Part shown: piece after piece, positions 23,176 to 32,000 of the stretch
Layout of the letters: every line of letters starts with the position of its first letter
How positions within the stretch are numbered: position 1 is the first letter of the stretch
Assembly (NCBI GenBank): GCA_004563595.2
Contig: CP042461.1
Coordinates: 1,140,001-1,172,000, forward strand
Reading direction: 5' to 3'
Length of the DNA: 32,000 nt
Origin: Candidatus Saccharimonadota bacterium
GTDB lineage: Bacteria; Patescibacteriota; Gracilibacteria; BD1-5; UBA6164
Program-made: the position numbers and the translations under genes
Notes under the pieces: generated by a model
Database searches by the model: none
What the model saw: the letters and a program-made list of their open reading frames with translations, nothing else
Told to the model about the DNA's origin: nothing

Positions 23176-23249
23176 ACGTAATTACTAAATATATAAATAT
23201 GCCATATATTACATAAAAATAACATAAAATCAATCTTTAGTATTTTACG

Positions 23250-23417
23250 TTACTTATTGTTTTCACCTCGAATTAAATTAACTATTTGAGTTAATCCATC
23301 TGGATCTTTTGAGCATCAAAAATCTAAGACAGCTCATACCATAGCTTGAATTTTACTCTGAAAAAATATATCTTTCTTCCTTATATAGTTTCATGGAGAC
23401 TCTTTTATTACGTTCAT
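23250..23417 (-). CDS. Small hypothetical protein (55 aa)
   Basis: ATG 23417 to TAA 23250-23252 with three TGA-Gly codons. MNVIKESPGNYIRKKDIFFQSKIQAMVGAVLDFGCSKDPDGLTQIVNLIRGENNK. Confidence 0.3.
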
Positions 23418-23484
23418 AATCTAATTATTATATTTACTATCACTCTTAAGCATACCATACTTAAAATAAAAATACAAAAATAAT

Positions 23485-23512
23485 TTGACTTTTATTTTTT
23501 TGTAATTATAAA
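23485..23512 (+). promoter_or_regulatory. Sigma-70-like promoter for the 73-aa ORF
   Basis: TTGACT (23485-23490), 16-nt spacer, TATAAA (23507-23512). Confidence 0.4.
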
Positions 23513-23585
23513 CTGTGCAACAATTTTTAACGGAAAGTGGCCATGAAGGTATACTAAGTTATTAATTGTAAATGGAGATATACAG

Positions 23586-23807
23586 ATGAGCAATAGTTTT
23601 AATGCATGTATTACCCTAGCACAAATCACTAAAAAAGGTATTGAAAGCTGGGAAGGTTTTTACGAAGAGTATCCGGATCAACAACCTAGTAAATTAGTTA
23701 TTAAAAAACTAGGTTCTCAAGATTCAAAAGTTCAAAAATTAGCACAGCTTCAACAGCTCGCAACTGAACTCAATAATAACTCACAAAACAATCACGCAAT
23801 AGCTTAA
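23586..23807 (+). CDS. Small hypothetical protein (73 aa), TGA-free, with a Shine-Dalgarno site
   Basis: Intact in the standard-code track. GGAG lies 9 nt upstream of the ATG. TAA stop. A hairpin agccagcttcc/ggaagttggct (23818-23846) follows. Confidence 0.5.
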   Translation: MSNSFNACITLAQITKKGIESWEGFYEEYPDQQPSKLVIKKLGSQDSKVQKLAQLQQLATELNNNSQNNHAIA

Positions 23808-23902
23808 CTCATCAACTAGCCAGCTTCCTAATAATGGAAGTTGGCTAAAAAATTGTTTATTTCCATTTCTGGCACCTAAATACAAAATGTGCTAATAAAG
23901 TT

Positions 23903-23930
23903 TTGACTTTAAAAAATAAATGAATAAAAT
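23903..23930 (+). promoter_or_regulatory. Candidate dnaK promoter
   Basis: TTGACT (23903-23908), 16-nt spacer, TAAAAT (23925-23930), about 55 nt upstream of the dnaK ATG. Confidence 0.4.
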
Positions 23931-23984
23931 AAGCTTAAGTCATAGAAATGACGAATATATATTTAAAAACTAATTTTACAAACT

Positions 23985-25892
23985 ATGTGAAAAATAATTT
24001 GAATCGATTTGGGTACTACAAACTCTTGTGTTGCCTTTATGGAAGGGTGAGAAGCAAAAGTAATTCCAAATGCAGAGTGAAATAGAACCACTCCATCTAT
24101 TGTAGCCCATAAAGATGGAAATATCATTGTTGGTACTCCAGCAAAAAGACAAGCTATTACAAACCCAGCTGGAACAATATTCTCAGCAAAAAGATTTATT
24201 GGGAGACAATTTGATGAAGTAAAAGATGAGATTGCTTCTGTTCCTTATGAAGTTGTAAAAGGAAAAAATGGTGAAGCACTTATTAAGTTTGATGGAAAAG
24301 ATGTAAGACCAGAAGAAGTTGGTGCTCACGTACTTATGAAAATCAAAGAAGATGCTGAAAAATTTTTAGGATCTTCAGTAACTGAAGCAGTTATCACTGT
24401 TCCAGCTTACTTTAATGATGATCAAAGACAAGCGACTATTAATGCAGGTAAGATTGCATGACTTGAAGTAAAAAGAATTGTAAACGAACCTACTGCTGCT
24501 GCTCTTTCATATGGTGCTTGAAAAGGTAAAAATGAAAAAATTGCTGTATATGATCTCGGGTGAGGTACTTTTGATATCTCTATATTAGAATTATCAGATG
24601 AAGGAACTTTTGAAGTACTTGCAACAAATGGTGATACCCACCTTGGTTGAGATGATTTTGATAAAAAAATTCTTGATTATATTATTGATGAATTCAAAAA
24701 AGAACAAGCAATTGACTTAAGAAATGATCCAATGGCTCTTCAAAGAGTAAGAGATGAAGCTGAAAAAGCAAAAAAAGAACTCTCTAGTACAACTGAATAT
24801 GATATTAACTTACCATATATCACTGTTGATTCAAGTGGTCCAAAAAATTTAATGATGACTATTACAAAAACGAAGTTTGAAGAACTTATTTCTGACTTAG
24901 TTGAAAGATCAATCGAACCATGTAAAAAAGTATTAAAAGATGCTGGATTAAATGCCAGTGACCTCGATCAAGTATTACTTGTATGAGGTTCAACAAGAGT
25001 TCCTCTTGTAATTTCAAAGGTAGAAGCATTCTTTAGTAAAAAACCAAATGTAGGTATTAATCCTGATGAAGCTGTTGCTCTATGAGCTGCAATTCAAGCA
25101 GGTATTATAGGATGAGACGTTACTGATGTATTATTACTTGATGTTACTCCTCTGACTATTGGTATTGAAACTATGGGTGGAGTAAGAACTGCTATGATTA
25201 CTAGAAATACAACTATTCCTGCAAATAAGACAGAGGTATTCTCTACTGCTGTTGATAACCAACCTGGTGTTGAAATTCATATATTACAAGGTGAAAGAGA
25301 AATGGCTGCTGATAATAAACCTCTTGGAAGATTTATGTTAGACGGTATTGCTCCTGCTCCAAGATGAGTTCCTCAAATTGAAGTTTCATTTGATATTGAT
25401 GCAAACTGAGTATTAAAAGTTACTGCAAAAGATAAAGGTACAGGAAAAGAACAACATATCACAATCCAAGGATCAACTGGTATGGATGAAGCTGAAGTAG
25501 ATAAGCTTGTAAAAGAAGCTGAAGCAAAAAAAGATGAAGATAAACAGAAAAAAGATGGTGTTGATGCAAGAAACACTGCAGACTCTACAGTCGCTCAAGC
25601 TGAAAAAATGATTACTGATAATAAAGATAAGATTGACGAGGCTGACAAAAAATCAATTGAAGAAAAAGTTGCTGCAGTAAAAGAAGTTCTTGGAAAATCA
25701 GATACTTCAAAAGAAGACTTTGAAGCTCCAACAAAAGAACTGAATGATACTATGATGCAAGTAGGACAAAAACTTTATTCTCAACCGAGAGCTGAATGAG
25801 CACCAACAGGATGAGAAGAAACAAAAGCTGATGACTGAGTAGTTGATGCTGAAGTGGAAAGTGATGATGAGAAAGGAAGTACAAGGGTCTAA
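23985..25892 (+). CDS. dnaK: Molecular chaperone DnaK (Hsp70, 635 aa)
   Basis: [38 protein letters not shown]..., DLGGGTFD, VLLVGGSTRVP. Track ORFs 24732.., 25173.. and 25482.. are all in one frame. TAA at 25890-25892. Confidence 0.97.
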
Positions 25893-25907
25893 AGTATATA
25901 GCTAAGA

Positions 25908-25942
25908 TAAAAAGCTTCGTGAATATTCACGAAGCTTTTTTA
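25908..25942. terminator. Intrinsic terminator after dnaK
   Basis: Stem aagcttcgtg (25912-25921) pairs with cacgaagctt (25928-25937), loop aatatt, followed by T5. An A-run upstream makes it potentially bidirectional. Confidence 0.8.
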
Positions 25943-25967
25943 ATACATTACCTTTTACCCCCCCTTT

Positions 25968-26459
25968 TCATAATTTTTTCCAGTCTTTATCCCCTGTGCA
26001 ATAATGGATATCCTGCTTCATGTACCAATGCGAGCTCTCAATAAGAAAAGAAATTACATGGTTTTTAGCTTCTAATGTTAAATCACCCTTATAAGGCTTA
26101 CAAACAAAACTTACTAAATTAAGGTTCTTAATATTATGACCAAATGTACAATCAGTAGCATTATATGCATCAACAGAAGGAACTAAGCTATCGATTATGG
26201 TAACCCTTGGGATATTTTGAAAACCTTCAATCTTTTTATACAAACTCTCAGACTTTTCTTCTAAAGAAAATATAATACATGGAATACTACCTATCAAGTA
26301 GCCTTCTATTGAGTTAATATTATTTTCTTTATTTATAAATATAACTCGGATATCTGGCTCTCCTTGAAAGTCTTTTTGATACTCATTATTTGTACTACAT
26401 CTCAATGCAAGATATATGTCTTGCGATAAACCTCCATCAATAAAGTCTATTTTTATCAT
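25968..26459 (-). CDS. Hypothetical protein (163 aa in the standard code; 185 aa if the terminal TGA is read as Gly, ending at TAG 25902)
   Basis: Intact ORF with no internal TGA despite 9 Gly codons. AGAGGA Shine-Dalgarno 8 nt upstream of the ATG. A TTGACT-N16-TATTAT promoter lies at 26518-26491. Confidence 0.55.
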   Translation of the reverse strand: MIKIDFIDGGLSQDIYLALRCSTNNEYQKDFQGEPDIRVIFINKENNINSIEGYLIGSIPCIIFSLEEKSESLYKKIEGFQNIPRVTIIDSLVPSVDAYNATDCTFGHNIKNLNLVSFVCKPYKGDLTLEAKNHVISFLIESSHWYMKQDIHYCTGDKDWKKL

Positions 26460-26530
26460 TTTTATTTCCTCTTTGTAAAAGACTTTTTTTATAATACTTC
26501 GTTAAGATAAATAGTCAAATAAAATATTTT

Positions 26531-26558
26531 TTGACTTCTGAGCTAAACATACTATAAT
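26531..26558 (+). promoter_or_regulatory. Consensus sigma-70 promoter with no ORF downstream
   Basis: TTGACT (26531-26536), 16-nt spacer, TATAAT (26553-26558). It lies back-to-back, 12 bp apart, with the minus-strand promoter of the 163-aa ORF. Confidence 0.55.
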
Positions 26559-26564
26559 CCTGCA

Positions 26565-26747
26565 TGAGATAAGTTATTTTTTTCGATAATCAGACAATTA
26601 GTAGCTTTCGTAGTTGATTTGAAGGTGCATACCCAAGTAATTATTGGGCAGCTAAATTCAGATTGCATGATTGCTCCACCTAGTCACTACGATTTAAAAA
26701 TAACTTTTCTTGAAAATAAAAGACGTCCCCAGGGACGTCTTTTTCGT
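26565..26747 (+). ncRNA. Candidate ~180-nt small RNA of unknown class
   Basis: Bracketed by the consensus promoter and a GC-rich terminator. No ORF longer than 3 codons starts at its 5' end. An 11-bp closing stem aagttattttt (26571-26581) pairs with aaaaataactt (26696-26706). Inner stems are cgtagt/actacg, ggtg/cacc and cccaa/ttggg. Confidence 0.4.
26717..26747. terminator. GC-rich bidirectional intrinsic terminator
   Basis: aaaagacgtcc-ccag-ggacgtcttttt. It serves the plus-strand sRNA candidate and the minus-strand 123-aa ORF that ends at 26772. Confidence 0.75.
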
Positions 26748-26771
26748 ATATTATAAAAACGATAAGTTAGA

Positions 26772-27143
26772 TTAATCTAACTTATCGTTTTGTATTTTTT
26801 CCTCCTCACATTTTGAACACTTCTGAGGAGCTCCCTTGATTATATCCATCATTGTATTTACAAGAACCTGTTTATTAATAATTCTCTTCATGTACCACGG
26901 GTTCTTTTTGGCAAAAGTATCTATATTTTTTACTATTTGCTCTTTATGCAACTTCAAAGATTCTTCATCTCTCTCAGTTGGACAATAATTCAACGAATGA
27001 TGACACTGTACAAGTACTCCCCATTCGATGAGACCTTGTATACCTACACTATATGGTAAAAGTTTTGGATTATGAGCTTCTCGCATAATACACCTCCTAT
27101 TTTTTGCTGGATAATACTCGAGAACTCTCATAATACCAAACAA
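26772..27143 (-). CDS. Hypothetical Cys/His-rich protein (123 aa from TTG 27143, or 119 aa from ATG 27131), TGA-free
   Basis: Intact in the standard-code track. ...CHHSLNYCPTERDE...CSKCEEE suggests metal binding. TAA stop followed by the terminator. Confidence 0.5.
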   Translation of the reverse strand: MFGIMRVLEYYPAKNRRCIMREAHNPKLLPYSVGIQGLIEWGVLVQCHHSLNYCPTERDEESLKLHKEQIVKNIDTFAKKNPWYMKRIINKQVLVNTMMDIIKGAPQKCSKCEEEKIQNDKLD

Positions 27144-27165
27144 TCAGAATAAATCAAATTAAATA

Positions 27166-27483
27166 TTAACTCAATTTTTCCTTTAATTCATCAAACTCCC
27201 CTTCCTCAAGCATCTCTTGCATGATATCAACTCCTCACATAAGCTCTCATTTCACATAGAGTTGTGGGTAGGTTGGCCAAGATTTGTATTCTTTGAGTCA
27301 TTGTCTTACATCTTCATCTGAAAGAATATCAAAGCTTTCAAAATAAATTCAAGCGTCTATGAGCATCTCCATAGCTCTTGCAGAAAATCCACACTGAGGC
27401 ATTTCTGGAGTTCACTTTATAAATAACATCACTTGGGATTGGGATATGAGTGAGTCTAATTTTGTTTTTAATTCATCGTTCAT
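27166..27483 (-). CDS. Monothiol glutaredoxin (Grx4 family, CGFS; 105 aa)
   Basis: MNDELKTKLDSLISQSQVMLFIKGTPEMPQCGFSARAMEMLIDAGIYFESFDILSDEDVRQGLKEYKSWPTYPQLYVKGELMGGVDI... Five TGA-Gly codons. Confidence 0.85.
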
Positions 27484-27505
27484 AATCTGTATTTTTAAAT
27501 AATTA

Positions 27506-27757
27506 TTATAGCTCATTTGAAGTTTTTAATTTCATTCTAAGAGCATGGATATAATCTTTTTTGAGTAAATCATCAAGAATTTTATATATCTGCTGACTTC
27601 TTTCTATTCTTGAAAGTCATTCAAACTTATCTGATACTATTGAAATATAAAAATGTTTCCCATCTCATCTCTCGTCTTGAAAGTCTATATCAACTCCTTT
27701 TCAATATGAATCAACAATGCGCTGTTCTACTTCTTTTATTAACTCTACATTTTGCAT
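27506..27757 (-). CDS. BolA family protein (83 aa)
   Basis: MQNVELIKEVEQRIVDSYGKGVDIDFQDERGDGKHFYISIVSDKFEGLSRIERSQQIYKILDDLLKKDYIHALRMKLKT is the BolA signature (F.G.s...RH..v...l....IHAl). It lies adjacent to the CGFS glutaredoxin. Confidence 0.8.
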
Positions 27758-27781
27758 CTTATTGTATTTAAGTAAGTATTT

Positions 27782-28111
27782 TTAAGCTTTTATCAGTTGA
27801 AATCCAGTTTTTTCCCAATTTTCTGTTCATCCTGATAAGTCTTTTACATATTCGAATCAAGCATTTTTCATGAAATTTATCAAATAGCCAGTCCTGTTTG
27901 CGTGCCAGCAATAAGTTAAATATTTTTTCTTTCTGTCTAATTTTAAGATATCTTCAAAAAATCAATCATTATGCATATCAAGAAAGAGATCTGTCCCTTG
28001 AATATATCAAAATTTTCCCTTTTCTTCCGGAGTCCTAACATCTATCAAAATAGTTGCATCATCACATATTTCATTCTGAAAATCTTCTGGGTTCAGTGAT
28101 TGAGTAGTCAT
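27782..28111 (-). CDS. Rhodanese-domain sulfurtransferase (109 aa)
   Basis: ...ATILIDVRTPEEKGKFGYIQG...KKYLTYCWHANRTGYLINFMKNAGFEYVKDLSGGTENW has the active-site loop C-x4-R. Confidence 0.75.
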
Positions 28112-28182
28112 AATATCTGTATTACAATATATTAATCATTATTATATCAATAATAAATAAATATCCAATCTATCATACTGAT

Positions 28183-30183
28183 TTATAATCATTTTCTTTT
28201 TAGAAAAGCTGTATTTTGAACTTTCCTTCACATAAAGTCAAAGAATAATTCATCAGCTGGTTTACGAGTTCATTGTCAGAGAATAGTTTTTATAAATTTT
28301 TCTCCTACTTGTTCATCAAACATTCCAAGTTCTTTAATTTTAGCAAATACATCTGCCTCGATAATTTCAGCCCACATATATGAATAATACCCTGCAGCAT
28401 ATCCTCATCAAAATATATGACCAAATGAAGTATACATCTTATAATCCTCCCCTTTTGTAAATAATCCAAACTTATTTGTAAGAGAAAGAGTTTTTTTATC
28501 TAATTCTTTTACTGAGCTGGGAACAGGGTCTACATATAAGTTCATATCCAGAAGAGCAAATTCATTTTGTCTGAGGACAAACCCTCACATCATGAATGTT
28601 TTAAGGGCATCTAATGTATCAAGCAACTTTTTACTGATTGGTTCTGCCGTTTCAAAATGTTTTCCTAATTTTTCTAAACTCTCTCTTTCTGTTACCCAGT
28701 TTTCTAAAATCTGAGATGGAAGTTCAACAAAATCCCATTCTACTCAAAATCAACTCAATTCAGATAATTTACTTTCTGAAAGCATTTCATGAATAGCATG
28801 ACCAAACTCATGGAATATTGTTTCTACATCCCTCATTGTAAGGAGTGTTTTTCATTCTGATTTTTGAAAATTACATACATTTACTACAACAGGTATCTTC
28901 ATATTTCATCAAAAATCATTTTTTTCTCTGAGATTATCAGCCCATGCTCACCCTCTTTTTTCTTTTCTATAAAATGCATCTAAAAAGTAATATGAAATGA
29001 GTTTTCACCCCTTATATACTTCATACATTTTTACGTTTTCATTATAGATAGGATTTTTCACCTCTTTTAACTCTAATCCGTAAAACCCTTTTACAAAATC
29101 ATGTAAATATTCTAATACATTTTCATATTCAAAATACTTTTTTAATTCTTTTTCATCTAAAGAGTATTTTTCTTCTTTTAACTTTCTTGCGAAATATCCG
29201 AGATCATATGATTGTATATCATCTATATCAAAGTATTTTTTTAGATCATCTAGCTCCATTTCAGCTTGAATTTTTGCTTTTCATGAAATTCCTTCAATAA
29301 GTTCAAAAACCTGTTCTGGAGAATCAGCCATTTTATCATTAAGGCTTAATTCAGCATAATTTTTATATCATAAAATTTGTGCTTTCTCTCTTTTATACTT
29401 CAATATATCTAAGATAATTCCTCTATTATCATATTTTCCCTTACTAGCAAAGCTATTTTTTGCTTTTTCAAAATCTTCTCTTATTTCTGAATCAGAACAA
29501 TATTTCATTATTGCTATGTAAGCTGTTGGATCTGCAGAAAATAAATATCATTTTTTTTCTTTCTTTTTTGCCTCATTTTTAGTATTTTCAAGAACATCCA
29601 CTGGAAGATTTTTTATCGGCTCAATATCTTCAATTATGTATTCAAAACGAGCCTCATCATCTACTATATTATTTGAAAAAGCGTTTGATAGCTCAGAGAG
29701 AATTTTATTAAGCTCTTTTAATCTGTCTTGCTTCTTTTCATCTAAATTAATCCCTCTATCTTTAAATGCTTTGATTCTTAGGTGCATGGCTCTTTTTTGA
29801 TCTTGGTCCAATTCACAATGTGAATTACAGTATTCAAGCATTTCAAAGTAAGGTCTATTGTATGCTACATAGTTTCAAAAATCTTGTAATTGAGGTCTAA
29901 ATGTATCAGTTATATCCCTTATTACATCGGTATTATTTACATTTTGATAATGATTTAATAAACTCCAAAAATAATCTAGCAAATCTTCATCATCAAAAAC
30001 TTCAAAAGTAATATCTTCTTTTTTCGTTTGTAATAATTTTGTAAAGAGGTCTTTTTCTTCGTTTAATAGTTCTCATAATAACTCTAAAGTTATATCTAAG
30101 ACCTCTTTTGAAAAAAGAAAATTCAGATCTGGAAATTCTGGTTTTTTAAGCTCTATAATAATTTTATTTTTTATTTCGTTCAT
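28183..30183 (-). CDS. M3 family zinc metallopeptidase (oligopeptidase A / Dcp-like, 666 aa)
   Basis: Joins track ORFs 29548..29841 and 29005..29259 in one frame. HEFGH zinc motif (...TIFHEFGHAIHEML...). 2001 nt from ATG to TAA under TGA=Gly. Confidence 0.8.
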
Positions 30184-30251
30184 TTTTATTTATTTTTATG
30201 TAAATTTATATAGAATGATTTTATAATTTTAAAAACTTATTTCAAGTAATA

Positions 30252-30929
30252 ATGGAAATAAATAAAAATTTAGAGGCCGGCTGGAAAAAAGTATTACAGA
30301 ATGAATTCCAAAAAGAGTATTTTCACAATATAGTAAATACTATTTCGCAAGATATTGAGAAATCAGAAACTCTCTACCCTCCAATACCTCTCATTTTTAA
30401 TGCATTTAATCATACTCCTTTTGATAAGATAAAAGTAGTTATTTTATGACAAGATCCGTATCATGGAGAATGACAAGCTCATGGTCTTTGTTTTTCCGTT
30501 CCAGAGTGAGTAAAAGCCCCACCAAGTTTGAAGAATATATTCAAAGAAATAAAAAATGACATAGGACTTGAAATAAAAGACACTTGATGTCTTGAACAAT
30601 GGTCATCACAGTGAGTCTTTATGCTCAATGCAATACTTACAGTAAAAGCTGGAAAACCAGCAAGTCACAGTAAAATTTGATGGGAACAGTTCACTGATTC
30701 AGTTATTAAAACTATTTCTGATAAAAAGGAATGAGTTGTCTTTTTGCTTTGGTGAGCATTTGCACAATCAAAAAAGTCACTTATTGATGACTCTAAACAT
30801 ACCATTTTGGAAACCACTCATCCTTCCCCCTTTTCTGCATATAGGTGATTTTTAGGAAGTCACTGTTTTAGCGAAACAAATAAGGCTTTGAAAAAAATGG
30901 GAAAGAAAGAAATTGATTGGAAGATATAA
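30252..30929 (+). CDS. ung: Uracil-DNA glycosylase, family 1 (225 aa)
   Basis: ...[22 protein letters not shown]...[14 protein letters not shown]...[14 protein letters not shown]... has the GQDPYH and HPSP motifs. The Gly of GQDPYH is TGA. Confidence 0.9.
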
Positions 30930-31019
30930 CTTTTTGTCACCTTTCTTATTTATATTCGTTATAACATGCAAGAGACCTAAATCGCTCTTCATTACTTTAT
31001 AAATAATAATTACTTACTC

Positions 31020-31625
31020 ATGAAAACAACAAAAAATATATTAAAGATTCTTCTTTTACTTACTCTTAGTTCTTTCATATACCAAACAAGTGCTGAATAT
31101 AGAGTGTATGATAATGTATCAGAATTTGAAAAAGCCAAATGAGCAATATGTGAAGCTGCAACAGATTGATGTAATAATTACTTCATGACAAATGGAAAAG
31201 TAATGTGAGGAACAAAAATGTTCTGTCAGGATCAAAAAGTGGAATGGACTTGTACAAAACTCAAAGAATGAAGTGTTACTACTCTCTGATTACCAATGAC
31301 TACATGAATAGAGAATAGTACTGCAAGTGAAAATGATATAAATCTCCATAAACACCTCAGAAAAAACATCAAATCATCATATCAAAATAAAGTTGATACT
31401 CTCGTAAATAAAATTGAAGCAAGAGCATGAAAAATGTCTCCTCTTCTACAAGAAAGGTATTACGATAAATGGATCAATAAAATTGATAGCTTAATTTCAA
31501 AACTCTTAATGAAATACCCTGCAGATATAACCCTTCCAAAAAAGGCAAATACAGTATATCAAGTGCTCGAATTACTCAAACTTGAGATAGACCTCAACCT
31601 AAAACTGAATGTAGATCTAGAATAA
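31020..31625 (+). CDS. Secreted hypothetical protein (201 aa)
   Basis: Signal peptide MKTTKNILKILLLLTLSSFIYQTSA. The frame is continuous with track ORF 31434..31625 through TGA codons. Cys-rich N-terminal half. Confidence 0.55.
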
Positions 31626-31661
31626 ACTTTTTCCTCCTTTCCTCTCTAGACTACATTCAGT

Positions 31662-31691
31662 AAAAAAGAAGCTGAAAAGCTTCTTTTTTTT
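31662..31691 (+). terminator. Intrinsic terminator
   Basis: Stem aagaagc (31666-31672) pairs with gcttctt (31679-31685), followed by T8. Confidence 0.7.
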
Positions 31692-31727
31692 GTCACAATA
31701 CATAATCCCATCTATTCTAACAAATAT

Positions 31728-32000
31728 TTACTCCACAATTATATCAAAACTATCCAAGAGTCAAAATACATTATCTCTCGAGAACTTAGTTTTTTCAAGA
31801 GTATTATTTAATGGGTTTATTGAATAATTCATAGCTCAAGTAAAGATTGTTTTTGTAAGGTTAGAGCTTAGGAATATAGACTTATCTAAGTCTGAGAAAC
31901 TAAGATCTGCTCATGTAAGATTTGTTCAAGTAAAATTTGACTCAAAAATATCAGAAGCTCAGAATCATATATTTTTTAAATTCATTTCATTAAATGAACA
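31728..32000 (-). CDS. Pentapeptide-repeat protein, C-terminal part (5' end beyond window)
   Basis: ...FNEMNLKNIGFGASDIFESNFTGTNLTGADLSFSDLDKSIFLSSNLTKTIFTGAMNYS... has A(D/N)LxF-type 5-residue periodicity. TAA at 31728-31730. Confidence 0.6.

Noticed and set aside
23818-23846. Hairpin after the 73-aa ORF as a canonical intrinsic terminator.
   Set aside because: The stem is good, but it is followed by an A-run rather than a U-tract on the plus strand. I did not call it as a terminator feature.
23868-23892. TGGCAC...GTGCTA inverted repeat upstream of dnaK. It could be a CIRCE (HrcA) operator or a sigma-54 -24 element.
   Set aside because: Only a weak match to TTAGCACTC-N9-GAGTGCTAA. Arm spacing and sequence are off, there is no TTGC -12 box at the right distance, and no hrcA is in the window. 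I kept it only as a note.

Overview
Strongly AT-rich bacterial window in which UGA is read as glycine (translation table 25, Gracilibacteria/Absconditabacteria-type CPR lineage). The supplied standard-code ORF track is therefore fragmented. I re-derived the genes by hand with TGA=Gly, so coordinates could be off by a few nt. Contents, in order: (1) nt 1-5993, minus strand: an expanded His-Xaa-Ser (Hxs) radical-SAM peptide-maturation cluster. It has a 123-aa precursor ending in (HGS)6-HCSW, an HxsB-like maturase, an HxsD-like protein, and three further small radical-SAM or radical-SAM-like genes. (2) nt 6084-14075, minus strand: an F-type ATP synthase operon, atpB-E-F-H-A-G-[membrane protein, RNase HI]-D-C. 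Its c subunit is a 296-aa fusion of four c-hairpins. A GC-rich nested palindrome lies between atpD and atpC. (3) A type IV pilin-like protein with a LamG domain, followed by a second, stand-alone 296-aa four-hairpin c-subunit paralog. (4) A secreted beta-propeller protein, an ECF sigma factor with a membrane anti-sigma-like partner, rlmH, and a short proS. (5) dnaK. (6) A small island of TGA-free ORFs with Shine-Dalgarno sites, plus an orphan promoter-to-terminator unit that looks like an sRNA gene. (7) Monothiol glutaredoxin, BolA, rhodanese, an M3 oligopeptidase, ung, a secreted protein and a partial pentapeptide-repeat protein. I recognised no rRNA, tRNA, CRISPR array or transposase.
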